Assembly: GCA_030613065.1 (NCBI GenBank)
Contig: JAUWMQ010000001.1
Coordinates: forward strand, 15,648 to 79,647
Reading direction: 5' to 3'
Origin: Candidatus Aegiribacteria sp.
Lineage (GTDB): Bacteria > Fermentibacterota > Fermentibacteria > Fermentibacterales > JCC-6
Length of the DNA stretch: 64,000 nucleotides
A model generated the notes under the pieces. That model was not told the origin of the DNA and ran no database searches. It worked only from the letters and a program-made list of their open reading frames with translations. This document shows, one piece after another, positions 37,071-46,286 of the stretch. Every line of letters starts with the position of its first letter. Position 1 is the stretch's first letter. The translations under genes were made by a program, and so were the position numbers.

Positions 37071-37666
37071 CAGTTACCTATCGAAAACCTTGCGAATCTG
37101 CGAATCACAATGTTTTCGCGAAGCTTTCCTATCAGATCGGTAAGCGCGTCCTTCACAGTTCCAACATCCGGGTCATCCGACCATTCCTGGTCAAGAAGAC
37201 ATGTTTCCGAATAGAACTTATCCATCCGACCATCTATTATTTTCTCGATTATTTCAGCCGGTTTGCCCGAATCGTCAAGCTGCGCAAGGAGTACTTTCCG
37301 TTCAGCTTCGACAGCTTCCTCTGAGAGATTCTCGCGGGATACGACAATTGGGGGGTAAGCTGCAATATGCAGGGCAACCTGCTTCACGAATTTCTGGAAA
37401 TCCTCTGTTTTTGCGACGAAATCCGTTTCGCAATTCACTTCAACAAGAACTCCAAGTTTACCGGGGGGATGGATATACGATACTACCAGACCCTCTTCAG
37501 CATCTCTTGATGCTTTCTTGGACGCTACTTTTATACCCTTCTCACGCAGGATTGTAATGGCTTTCTGCATATCACCTTTACTATCATCAAGTGCTGTCTT
37601 GCAATCCAGCATGCCTGCTCCGGTGGCTTTTCTGAGCTGCTTCAGATCATCAAGTTTGACAGCCAT
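37070..37666 (-). CDS. tsf: Elongation factor Ts (short form)
   Basis: 198 aa. LRKATGAGMLDCKTAL. Start overlaps the rpsB stop (TAATG) and the stop overlaps the pyrH start (TGATG). Confidence 0.93.
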   Translation of the reverse strand: MAVKLDDLKQLRKATGAGMLDCKTALDDSKGDMQKAITILREKGIKVASKKASRDAEEGLVVSYIHPPGKLGVLVEVNCETDFVAKTEDFQKFVKQVALHIAAYPPIVVSRENLSEEAVEAERKVLLAQLDDSGKPAEIIEKIIDGRMDKFYSETCLLDQEWSDDPDVGTVKDALTDLIGKLRENIVIRRFARFSIGN

Positions 37667-38679
37667 TATTTACCTGTTTCCTTTCCCTCTTCAGAACCAT
37701 CCAAGTTTTCGACAGGGTTAACGGTACTCTCAGCAGCATTATCGTCTGCGGCTTTTTTCGTTGTTTTTTTCACAACAGTCTTCTTCACGGACTTGCTTGG
37801 AACCGGTTTCTTCTCGCTATTCTCGGAAGCTTTCGGTGTGGTTTTCTTTCTTGCAGGTTTCGCTATCTTCTTCGTGCTTTCTTCTTCCTTTTTGTCGGCA
37901 TCACTTTTTTCTTCTACTGCAGCTTCCATCGGCTTCGCAGCCGCTGGTTCCCTGGCCATTTCCTCTAAGGCTAAAGCATCCGCCTCTTTTGACGTAGAGC
38001 CTTCAGCACCTAGAAGCACGTGATCCGCCAGGGTTCCCACAATCATGGATATGGATTTTATTGCATCGTCGTTGCCGGGAATAGGATAATCGACTTCTGT
38101 CGGGTCACAATTAGTGTCTACTATGCCTATGCAGGGTATCTTAAGTTTTCGTGCTTCCCTTACAGCTATCTGTTCCTTCTTGATATCAACAACAATAATT
38201 ACTCCGGGGAGGTTTTTCATTTCGCGAATACCAGTAAGATCCTTCTCAAGCTTTTCCCTGTGCCTCTTCTTCCTGAGAATTTCCTTCTTAGTGAGGCTTA
38301 TCGGGTATCCTTCCTTCTCCGCTTTTTCGAGCTCTATCAGCGTCTGTATACCCGTTGAGATCGTACTGAAATTCGTAAGCATTCCGCCCATCCAGCGCTC
38401 GGTCACGTAATACTGACCGCATCTGATAGCATGCTCCTTCAGACACTCTCTTCCCTGCTTTTTCGTTGCCACGAAAAGAACGCTTTTCCCCGAGGCAACG
38501 GTTTTCGCGACCAGGTTTGCTGCATCTTCGAGGAGCACTCGCGACTTCTTAAGATCAATAATATGTATACCATTACGAGCCATGAAGATATAGCTTTTCA
38601 TCTTCGGGTTCCATCGACTCTTCTGGTGGCCGAAATGTATTCCGGCCTCAAGCATTTCCTTCATGGAAGGTATATTCAT
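37666..38679 (-). CDS. rpsB: 30S ribosomal protein S2 with ~100-aa Lys/Ala/Glu-rich C-terminal extension
   Basis: MNIPSMKEMLEAGIHFGHQ... from ATG 38679 (AAAGGAAC upstream); the track start TTG 38724 adds 15 aa. The S2 core ends near LLGAEG and is followed by a tail rich in K, A, E and T. Confidence 0.95.
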   Translation of the reverse strand: MNIPSMKEMLEAGIHFGHQKSRWNPKMKSYIFMARNGIHIIDLKKSRVLLEDAANLVAKTVASGKSVLFVATKKQGRECLKEHAIRCGQYYVTERWMGGMLTNFSTISTGIQTLIELEKAEKEGYPISLTKKEILRKKRHREKLEKDLTGIREMKNLPGVIIVVDIKKEQIAVREARKLKIPCIGIVDTNCDPTEVDYPIPGNDDAIKSISMIVGTLADHVLLGAEGSTSKEADALALEEMAREPAAAKPMEAAVEEKSDADKKEEESTKKIAKPARKKTTPKASENSEKKPVPSKSVKKTVVKKTTKKAADDNAAESTVNPVENLDGSEEGKETGK

Positions 38680-38810
38680 GAATTGTTCCTTTCGGTTATC
38701 CTCCAGCCGGCTTGATTGAACCAATTTCCATTTTTTCAGATGGAAACACCGAGGTTATCACCACCAACTGTGCGTATTAAGCGCACATTGTACTTAAGTG
38801 CGCAGTTATT

Positions 38811-39197
38811 CTATCTCTTGGAGAACTGGAATCTCTTTCTTGCCTTGGGCTGTCCGTATTTCTTTCTCTCAACGATCCTCGGATCACGCCTGAGCATCCC
38901 TTCAGCCTTAAGGGCAGGTCTGAAATCGGGATTGATTCCTACCAGAGCCCTTGCTATTCCAAGTCTGATTGCTCCGGCCTGTCCTGTTATCCCTCCACCG
39001 CGTACGTTTACTGTAACGTCGTAGTCCTTTGCTACTCCAGCAACCTCCATGGGTTCAATAGCATGCTCCAACTGCCATAAATCGCAAAAGTATTCTTTGG
39101 GATCTCTATGATTTACCCTGATCTGACCTTTTCCGGGTTTCAGGTAACACCTTGCTGTAGCGCTCTTTCGTCTGCCAACACCTATATGCTGTTTCAT
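38811..39197 (-). CDS. rpsI: 30S ribosomal protein S9
   Basis: 128 aa ending KYGQPKARKRFQFSKR. Confidence 0.95.
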   Translation of the reverse strand: MKQHIGVGRRKSATARCYLKPGKGQIRVNHRDPKEYFCDLWQLEHAIEPMEVAGVAKDYDVTVNVRGGGITGQAGAIRLGIARALVGINPDFRPALKAEGMLRRDPRIVERKKYGQPKARKRFQFSKR

Positions 39198-39214
39198 CTC
39201 ACCACCCTTGACCG

Positions 39215-39643
39215 CTAGACTTCCAGAACCTGTGGGCTCTGTGCCGTATGTGTATGTTCGCTTCCAGCGAATATTTTCAGCTTCTTTATCTGCTGTTGAG
39301 CTATTCTGTTCTTCGGCATCATACCCTTAACAGCTTTTCGGAGAATCCTGTCAGGGTGCTTTTCCAAAGTCACCTTCATACTTGTAGTCTTTCTTCCACC
39401 CGGATAGCCCGTATGGCGTCCATACTCCTTCTGTTCAAGCTTTCTGCCGGTGAAATTCATTTTCTCAACGTTTGTCACGACAATGAAATCACCGGTATCG
39501 ATATGAGGTGTATATACCGGCTTGTTTTTGCCCTGAAGAATCAGGGCGATCCTGGTTGCCAACCTACCGGGAGAATATCCGGTGGCATCAATCTGCCACC
39601 ATTTCCTCTCTATTTCTCCGGTTTTGGCTGTATAAGTCTTCAC
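39215..39643 (-). CDS. rplM: 50S ribosomal protein L13
   Basis: 142 aa. ERKWWQIDATG..GRLAT.IA..L.GK. GTG start after GGAGG. Confidence 0.95.
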   Translation of the reverse strand: MKTYTAKTGEIERKWWQIDATGYSPGRLATRIALILQGKNKPVYTPHIDTGDFIVVTNVEKMNFTGRKLEQKEYGRHTGYPGGRKTTSMKVTLEKHPDRILRKAVKGMMPKNRIAQQQIKKLKIFAGSEHTHTAQSPQVLEV

Positions 39644-39862
39644 TTTTCTAAAACCTCCACTACGAATCTTACTTTATCATTCCAGCAATCCGTGAGATGG
39701 ATATATATGGAATACAACTATTTAACAAGACAGCTAAATTTAGATCAAAAGCTGCATGAGCCCTTCTTTCTCCGCAAGTGATAATCCCCACAACGCATCA
39801 GGGTTTATCGACTATAAGAATACTTAGGGGAACCGGTAAACTGTTAGAATTTCAGTAGAAAG

Positions 39863-40711
39863 TCAAGGTCGAAACTGATGCTGGTCCTCAAGTATCCCTT
39901 TCACCTCTTCAATCAGTTCCCGCCTTCTGGCGGAATTGTATGTCACAGCCGCTCTTGAGCCGCCGTAAATATTGCCTCCGTAAAAAGATAAACCCAGCCA
40001 TCCAAGCAGAACCGAGGTGGTTGTATTATCCTCCTGCAGGGATTCGTAGAAAAGCCATGCCAGCGCTCCATTTACGCCGAACGCGATGATCCCATCGGTA
40101 TAGTGACCGCAGATCATCTGCCCGGAACCGGGAAGCAGCGCACTGGATATTCCACACAATAAAGGGCTGCGATGGGGAAGGTATTGTCCTTCGGCAACCT
40201 TCTCGGCAAGGTTTGCGGAGATCTCGGAAAAGGGATCTGCGGTTAAGGATAACATTCTGAGTTCCTCGGCGGAAGCCTCCCAATTACCCATCCGGGCGTT
40301 CATAAGACCTGCCATTATGCCGGCTCTCGCCATTGTTTCAGTATCTTCCGATGTAACCGCGGCATCTGTATACAGCTCTCTTGCACTATCAAAATTACCG
40401 GATTCTTCAAGTACCGACCCGGCACCCATCATCGCTCCTGCTCTAAGTTCAGCATCGGATAGATTCCTGTGAAGAAATGTATAAAGAAAGTAAGCGTCTT
40501 CCCTGCGTCCGAGTTCCTGCCAGCATCTGGCAAGACGAAGGGAGGCCTCGGGGCAGGCCAGTGTATCTTCATCATGGGTGTAGATAATCCTCAGATATTC
40601 CTGAGAAGCCATGTCGTATTCGCCCTGTCCGTACAGGTAATCAGCAAATCCTTCATCAGCCCCTTGATTCGGAAATGCTGTCAGAAGGGCAGCAAGAATC
40701 GTCCCCAGCAT
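39863..40711 (-). CDS. TPR-repeat protein with C-terminal membrane helices
   Basis: 282 aa. TPR-like helices (YLYGQGEYDMASQEYLRI, ARCWQELGRREDAYFLY) are followed by hydrophobic helices with LLPGSGQMICGHYTDG. Confidence 0.6.
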   Translation of the reverse strand: MLGTILAALLTAFPNQGADEGFADYLYGQGEYDMASQEYLRIIYTHDEDTLACPEASLRLARCWQELGRREDAYFLYTFLHRNLSDAELRAGAMMGAGSVLEESGNFDSARELYTDAAVTSEDTETMARAGIMAGLMNARMGNWEASAEELRMLSLTADPFSEISANLAEKVAEGQYLPHRSPLLCGISSALLPGSGQMICGHYTDGIIAFGVNGALAWLFYESLQEDNTTTSVLLGWLGLSFYGGNIYGGSRAAVTYNSARRRELIEEVKGILEDQHQFRP

Positions 40712-41100
40712 ATCACATCCTCTCCAGGATTCACCGGATCCGCGAGCTGGTTTCCTTCAGTAATCCTGTGGTCCCCATGGCTGAAAGCCGCAGAAGTACA
40801 CCTGGTCCACCTTTCAAAAGCCATCATGAGGCCGAACACCGCTCCACGGGATTCAATTGCCTCCTGCCCGTAATGGGAACAGCTTGGGTAATAAACGCAC
40901 CTTCTTCCAAGAAGATCCCTGAAGATTCCTCTGTACTGAATGAATAGAATATCGGAGAGGCTGCTGTTACCGTTGAGGTCGCCGGTACTTTCAGGATCAT
41001 CGGCGTAGTAAACAGAGATATTTTCATCCTGCGCCGCTACCGGCAGAAGGATGATCAGCAGACCTGATAAGAGCAGTTTCAAGAGAATCCTTTCCTGCAC
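40681..41100 (-). CDS. yidD: YidD-like (membrane protein insertion efficiency factor domain) protein with signal peptide and N-terminal extension
   Basis: 139 aa. The core CVYYPSCSHYGQEAIESRGAVFGLMMAFERWTRC matches the YidD motif (C.F.PSCS.Y...A....G...G.....R..RC). It is about twice the usual YidD length. Confidence 0.65.
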   Translation of the reverse strand: MQERILLKLLLSGLLIILLPVAAQDENISVYYADDPESTGDLNGNSSLSDILFIQYRGIFRDLLGRRCVYYPSCSHYGQEAIESRGAVFGLMMAFERWTRCTSAAFSHGDHRITEGNQLADPVNPGEDVICWGRFLLPF

Positions 41101-41588
41101 ACATCAGCCAGATTGTCAAGAGAAGAGGCTTTTATGCCTCCGCCGCTGAAAACTGAGAGAATGCCATCGTCCCAGTCAGCCGGGATAACCCAGAGGTAAT
41201 AGCCCATTTTAAGGGCTGCGGCCGATCTGCCCACAAGAGACAAGGCTCTTTTTTCAGGAGGTATTCTTCTGGAAAATGATTGGGGAATAACTCCGATGTT
41301 ACCTCTGTGAAACGGTATCAGCATGGTAACTCCGGGCCATGGCGTCAGCCTTAAAGAACGGCTGAATCCCTGTTCGCGCAGAACTTCCCACGTATAACCG
41401 TAAATATTCCTTGACTTTCGTGGAGAGAGTTTCGAGTTCAGTCGAAAGAGGCACTCTCCGGGCTCAGGTGGTTCGTTACGCAGAACCTCAGCCATTTCAT
41501 CCGGGAGATGCTCGGGAAGGACTGTTTCTGTCCCGGTTATTCTTCTGCCCAGTTCAGTCCAGAAGAAATGATACCATCTGTTCCTCAA
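41079..41588 (-). CDS. Hypothetical protein
   Basis: 169 aa. It is coupled to recX (4-nt overlap) and to the yidD-like gene (22-nt overlap). No recognisable motif. Confidence 0.5.
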   Translation of the reverse strand: MRNRWYHFFWTELGRRITGTETVLPEHLPDEMAEVLRNEPPEPGECLFRLNSKLSPRKSRNIYGYTWEVLREQGFSRSLRLTPWPGVTMLIPFHRGNIGVIPQSFSRRIPPEKRALSLVGRSAAALKMGYYLWVIPADWDDGILSVFSGGGIKASSLDNLADVCRKGFS

Positions 41589-42130
41589 TCCGTCTGTTCC
41601 TCCGAATTCCGAAAAGCCTCATCTATGACCCTGCTGATCAGGTCGTGCTGAAAACCTCTTCTCTGCAGATACGCCGCTGCCCTGCGCAACCCCGTTTGCT
41701 TATCCAGATAACCGTACTTGCTCTTTACAGTCTTCACAAGGGTTCGGTGCAGGTCGACCTCATCACGTTGAGAAAGCACTTCATCCGTGATACCGTCGGA
41801 AATACCCCGCTTCCTCAACTCCATTCTTATCCTGAAATTTCCCATAGGTGAATTTCGGGAATGACTGCGTATGTAGATTGTGGCATACCGCCGATCATCG
41901 ACCAGGGAGCATCGTTCCGCCCATCGAAGCGTATCATCGGTTACGCTTTCAAGGTATTCTCTCCCGACAAGATAGGACATGAGCTGATGCATTGTACGTT
42001 CCGACAGGGACAGAAACCTCTCCGTATCTCTATGGGCTGCAGGCAGCTGTTCCCGAAAAGCCGCTTCTTCAATTTCACCGGTATCCACGATTGAGCCCGG
42101 AAGCAGTTTCATTGCGGTGATACTCTTCAC
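41585..42130 (-). CDS. recX: RecA regulator RecX
   Basis: 181 aa directly downstream of recA, with three-helix repeat patterns (LSYLVGREY, IRMELRKRGISDGITDEVL, AAAYLQRRGFQHDLISRVI). Confidence 0.8.
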   Translation of the reverse strand: MKSITAMKLLPGSIVDTGEIEEAAFREQLPAAHRDTERFLSLSERTMHQLMSYLVGREYLESVTDDTLRWAERCSLVDDRRYATIYIRSHSRNSPMGNFRIRMELRKRGISDGITDEVLSQRDEVDLHRTLVKTVKSKYGYLDKQTGLRRAAAYLQRRGFQHDLISRVIDEAFRNSEEQTD

Positions 42131-42213
42131 AGGAAGCAGCCAGCGGCCTTCCGCTGTAATTACAAGACGCCACCCTTTCCTGATACTGGCAATCTCCTGA
42201 ACTGGAAGTTCTG

Positions 42214-43263
42214 CTATTCCTTCTCCTCCTGCTCTGTGTCAGAGGCTCTTTGCGTTCCGGGTATGTCAAGTAACTTCCTGATCTCAGCTTCGAGTTCATC
42301 GGCGATCTCTGGATTGTCAATAAGGAACTTCCTGGTCTTTTCCCGGCCCTGGCCCAGCTGTTTATCTCCCATGGAATACCATGTGCCCCTGCGCACAACC
42401 AGTTCATTATCAAGTCCGAGATCGATGAGTTCACCCTCTCGAGAGATTCCGTAGCCGTGAAGTAGATCGCATTCAACATTTCTGAAGGGAGGAGCCAGCT
42501 TGTTTTTTACAATCTTGATCCTTGTACGGCTGCCAACTACTTCATCCCCCTCCTTAATTGAAGCAATTCGCCTTACATCCAGCCGCACGCTGCTGTAGAA
42601 CTTCAGAGCCCTTCCCCCGGTTGTGGTCTCGGGATTTCCGAACATAACCCCTATCTTCATGCGGATCTGGTTAATAAACACTACTGCGCATTTGGACTGG
42701 GCAACAGCACCTGTTAGTTTCCGGAGGGCCTGGGACATCAGACGTGCCTGAAGGCCAACATGGCTGTCACCCATTTCGCCCTCAATTTCAGCCCTGGGGA
42801 CAAGTGCTGCTACAGAGTCGATCACGATAACATCAACCGCATTGCTCCTGACCAGCATTTCCGTAATCTCAAGAGCCTGTTCGCCGTTGGAGGGCTGAGA
42901 TACCAGGAGATCGTCAATGTTGACTCCCAGGTTCTGCGAATAGACCGGGTCAAGCGCATGTTCAGCATCAATAAAGGCAACTTCCCCACCCAGTTTCTGG
43001 GCGCTGGCAATTATATGAAGCGCAAGCGTTGTCTTGCCTGATGCTTCTGCCCCATATATTTCGGTAACCCTTCCCCTTGGAATACCTCCGATACCAAGAG
43101 CAGCGTCAAGCGCAATTGAGCCGCTCGGTATGATATCCACTTTCATATGGGTGTTTTCTCCAAGCCTCATAAGAGCTCCCTGACCGAACTGCTTCTGAAT
43201 CTGATGAAAGGCTGCCTTCAGCGCTTTATCCTTTTCAGCGGAACCGTCCTTTTTTCCAGCCAT
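42214..43263 (-). CDS. recA: Recombinase RecA
   Basis: 349 aa. [56 protein letters not shown]. Confidence 0.98.
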   Translation of the reverse strand: MAGKKDGSAEKDKALKAAFHQIQKQFGQGALMRLGENTHMKVDIIPSGSIALDAALGIGGIPRGRVTEIYGAEASGKTTLALHIIASAQKLGGEVAFIDAEHALDPVYSQNLGVNIDDLLVSQPSNGEQALEITEMLVRSNAVDVIVIDSVAALVPRAEIEGEMGDSHVGLQARLMSQALRKLTGAVAQSKCAVVFINQIRMKIGVMFGNPETTTGGRALKFYSSVRLDVRRIASIKEGDEVVGSRTRIKIVKNKLAPPFRNVECDLLHGYGISREGELIDLGLDNELVVRRGTWYSMGDKQLGQGREKTRKFLIDNPEIADELEAEIRKLLDIPGTQRASDTEQEEKE

Positions 43264-43280
43264 TGAATCTACCTTTCAGC

Positions 43281-43805
43281 TTAATGTAAATCGAATCTTT
43301 CTATGAACGTATACTCGGGACCAGTGGAGGTCAATCTGCTGTCAATTACAGCCGCTTCTATAAACACTCCCTTTATTTCACCCGGCGGATCAAGCTCAGG
43401 CAGCTCAACGGAATATTTCCCCCTTGCAACGGTAAGATGAGGAACGAAACTCTTCCCGCCTTTTCTTCCCTTTTCATCGGGAATCCAGCCCAGTTTAATG
43501 GCTATTTCGGAAACCTCTTCGGGAAAACAGCCTCCAAGCCAGAATACCGATGGAGACTCACTATTTCCGAACGAGCCGATGCTGTCAAGTGAGAATCCCA
43601 GGGGCGGGGGATGCCATGATGATAGAATACTGCATATTCTTTCAACCCCGGATTCAGGAATATCGCCGAAATAACGCAGTGTAAGATGCATATGATCTCC
43701 CGGGACCCATTTAAGGAAAGGATATCGTGCTTTCAGCGGTTTCTGCCAGTCAGTAATTTCTCTTCTGACCTGCACAGGTAACTCCAGAGCGGCGAAAATC
43801 CTCAC
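43281..43805 (-). CDS. thpR: RNA 2',3'-cyclic phosphodiesterase (2H family, ThpR/LigT)
   Basis: 174 aa. MRIFAALELP and two HxT motifs (HLTL, HLTV). Confidence 0.85.
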   Translation of the reverse strand: MRIFAALELPVQVRREITDWQKPLKARYPFLKWVPGDHMHLTLRYFGDIPESGVERICSILSSWHPPPLGFSLDSIGSFGNSESPSVFWLGGCFPEEVSEIAIKLGWIPDEKGRKGGKSFVPHLTVARGKYSVELPELDPPGEIKGVFIEAAVIDSRLTSTGPEYTFIERFDLH

Positions 43806-44296
43806 CTGACCTCTTTCTCCAGTATCCGGTACAACTTTGCAAGAAGATAGTCAGCTGCCTTCTTCCTGACCACATCCCTGTCTCCCTTGAGGATTTTCAT
43901 TTCAGCGGATACTGACTGACTGCTGCAAACAGCCATCCATACTGTACCAACAGGTTTCTCCACTGAACCGCCACCGGGACCCGCAATTCCGGTGACTGAA
44001 ATCGAAAAATCACTTCCAATGAGCTTTCTTGCACCTTCGGCCATAGCCACAGCAGTTTCTCTACTGACAGCACCCTCCGTTTCAATCAAAGAGGCGGGAA
44101 CATTGAGGACGCATGTCTTTACACTGTTTGAATAGGCTGTTACCCCCCCCATGAACCATCCTGAGGATCCGGGAACAGAAGTCAGAAGCATTCCCACCAT
44201 TCCACCGGTACAGGATTCCGCTGAAGAGAGTGTTTTCCCAGCTTTCAGCAGAATGGTTCCTATTCGCTTTACAAGTTCTATTTCAGAGAGCCCCAT
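43802..44296 (-). CDS. pncC: Nicotinamide-nucleotide amidohydrolase (CinA C-terminal domain)
   Basis: 164 aa. LSSAESCTGGMVG, SVTGIAGPGGG. Confidence 0.85.
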   Translation of the reverse strand: MGLSEIELVKRIGTILLKAGKTLSSAESCTGGMVGMLLTSVPGSSGWFMGGVTAYSNSVKTCVLNVPASLIETEGAVSRETAVAMAEGARKLIGSDFSISVTGIAGPGGGSVEKPVGTVWMAVCSSQSVSAEMKILKGDRDVVRKKAADYLLAKLYRILEKEVR

Positions 44297-44750
44297 GGAT
44301 CACACTTCCAAGGATAATAACAAGCGCTGCCATAATACCGGCCGCAACATCATCGAGGAGGATTCCTGCTGCTGATTTCATCCTGTCGAAAACTGAAACG
44401 GGCCATGGTTTAAAAATATCAAAGATCCTGAAAAGTATGAAGGCTGCGGCAATACCGGCAATTCCCCAATTGGATGGAACAGCCATGCATGATATCCAGC
44501 ACCCCGCGAATTCATCGATGACAACCTTTGACGGATCTCCCCCCCATTTTTTTCTTCCTGCACTGCAGCCCCAGTAGCCGAGAACAAGGAAACATAAGCA
44601 GAGTACCCAGGTAATTACAGATGTCTGCCGAATTATCAGGAAAAGTCCAGCTGATACAAGGCTGCCGGCGGTTCCCGGGGCAACCGGGATGCAGCCTGCT
44701 CCAAAAACCGTAGCTACAATTATACCAGCGGATGGAAAGGGATTCTTCAC
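44283..44750 (-). CDS. pgpA: Phosphatidylglycerophosphatase A
   Basis: 155 aa. APGTAGS, DPSKVVIDEFAG, FRIFDIFKPWP. Confidence 0.85.
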   Translation of the reverse strand: MKNPFPSAGIIVATVFGAGCIPVAPGTAGSLVSAGLFLIIRQTSVITWVLCLCFLVLGYWGCSAGRKKWGGDPSKVVIDEFAGCWISCMAVPSNWGIAGIAAAFILFRIFDIFKPWPVSVFDRMKSAAGILLDDVAAGIMAALVIILGSVIHGAL

Positions 44751-45352
44751 AGACCCAGTCTTTTCATTACCGATCCGTTGCGCCAGAAATAGTCAACTCC
44801 CGAAATGATGGTAAGGAGTACCGCCACAACCAGAAGAACATCAGCTGAAAACAGCAGAATACTCCTTCCCATGGAAAGGCCCATACCGCTGATGTGGAGA
44901 AAACCTGCCCTTCCAGTACTCCCTTGCACGGAAAATAACAGATAACAGAACATTGAAAGCATCTGTGATGATGTCTTGTATTTCCCCAAGCGGGATGGAA
45001 GAATAAGCACACCTGCATAGGCGGCGATGGACCTCAGGCCTGTAACTAGAAGTTCCCTTCCTATAATAAGATATAAAGCCCAGGCCGGGACGAGGTATAT
45101 CTGATTCAGACCAATCAGAGCAAGGGCTACCAGGAGTTTATCAGCCAGCGGGTCAAGAAATTTACCTAGGTTAGTGATCCATCCATATTTTCTTGCGAGA
45201 TATCCATCGTAAAGATCGGTAAGTGAGGCCGCAACAAATACAATGAGTGCAGCTATCCTTGATCCCTGTCTGTTATCAATCAGAAGGATCATGAAAAGGG
45301 GACTTAAAAGTATTCTGATTATGGTTAGACGGTTAGGCCAGTTCAACTGCAC
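44747..45352 (-). CDS. pgsA: CDP-diacylglycerol--glycerol-3-phosphate 3-phosphatidyltransferase
   Basis: 201 aa. CDP-alcohol phosphatidyltransferase motif DLYDGYLARKYGWITNLGKFLDPLADK. Confidence 0.9.
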   Translation of the reverse strand: MQLNWPNRLTIIRILLSPLFMILLIDNRQGSRIAALIVFVAASLTDLYDGYLARKYGWITNLGKFLDPLADKLLVALALIGLNQIYLVPAWALYLIIGRELLVTGLRSIAAYAGVLILPSRLGKYKTSSQMLSMFCYLLFSVQGSTGRAGFLHISGMGLSMGRSILLFSADVLLVVAVLLTIISGVDYFWRNGSVMKRLGL

Positions 45353-45356
45353 TTTT

Positions 45357-45944
45357 TCAAACTTTCTGTCGTCCCTGAAAGGCCTGGCTCAGCGTCAGGG
45401 AATCGGCAAATTCAATGGAGGCGCCGGGCGGAAGCCCCCTGGCAAGTCTTGTAACAGTCACCCCGCTTGTTTCCAGGATTCTGGCAATGTATGAAGACGT
45501 TGCCTCTCCGTCAGCGGTTGAATCCAGAGCAAGGATAACCTCATCAACCTCGAACCTGTCGATCATTATTTTTAGTCTATCAATTCCCAGTTCATCAGGA
45601 CCTACACCATCAAGTGGTGCAAGGAACCCATGAAGCACAAAGTATTTTCCTCTGTAAAGCCCTGCATCCTCGATAGCCCTCATGTCAGCCGGGTTATGAA
45701 CCACACAGACTGAATCATGACGTGAGCTGTTAGAGCAGATATCACAAATGTCATTCTCAGTGATATTCCTGCATGTTGAGCATTCACCGACATTCTGCCA
45801 CACCATTCCGAGGGCTTCGGAAAGATCTTTGGCCAGTTCGCGGTCATCAACAATACTGAACGCCAGTCTCATCGCGGTTTTTCTTCCAATACCGGGAAGC
45901 CTCTGAAACTGGTTGGCGAGCCTGTCAAAGAGAGCAGAGCTCAC
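45357..45944 (-). CDS. recR: Recombination protein RecR
   Basis: 195 aa. LPGIGRKTA, zinc finger CSTCRNITENDICDIC, Toprim domain. Confidence 0.95.
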   Translation of the reverse strand: MSSALFDRLANQFQRLPGIGRKTAMRLAFSIVDDRELAKDLSEALGMVWQNVGECSTCRNITENDICDICSNSSRHDSVCVVHNPADMRAIEDAGLYRGKYFVLHGFLAPLDGVGPDELGIDRLKIMIDRFEVDEVILALDSTADGEATSSYIARILETSGVTVTRLARGLPPGASIEFADSLTLSQAFQGRQKV

Positions 45945-46267
45945 ATCATACCTCCCATGTCGGGTATTCCCAGAGCCTGCATTCTATTTTCGGAGAGTTC
46001 CCGACTTGCAGAAACCGCATTCTTCACCGCCACCAGGATCATATCTTCCAGCATTTCAACATCATCTGGATCAACAGCTTCCGGAGATATGGACAGTTCA
46101 ATAAGCTCTCCCTGCCCTGTAACTACGGCTCTGATCAATCCGTCAGCAGCTTTTCCCTCCACTCTCGCATCAGCGAGCTCTTCCTGGGCCTGTATCATCC
46201 CGGCCTGCATTTTCTGCGCCTGTGCCATCATCTTCTGTAATTGTTTCTGATTCATGGATCCTCCCAA
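45941..46267 (-). CDS. ybaB: Nucleoid-associated protein YbaB/EbfC
   Basis: 108 aa. QKMQ...AQEEL, and placement in the dnaX-ybaB-recR string. Confidence 0.9.
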   Translation of the reverse strand: MGGSMNQKQLQKMMAQAQKMQAGMIQAQEELADARVEGKAADGLIRAVVTGQGELIELSISPEAVDPDDVEMLEDMILVAVKNAVSASRELSENRMQALGIPDMGGMM

Positions 46268-46286
46268 GTGTCACTACTATCGCTGA

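Noticed and set aside
42075-42479. 134-aa minus-strand ORF spanning the recA/recX junction
   Set aside because: It is an alternative frame over the recA C-terminus and the recX start, both of which are confidently assigned.
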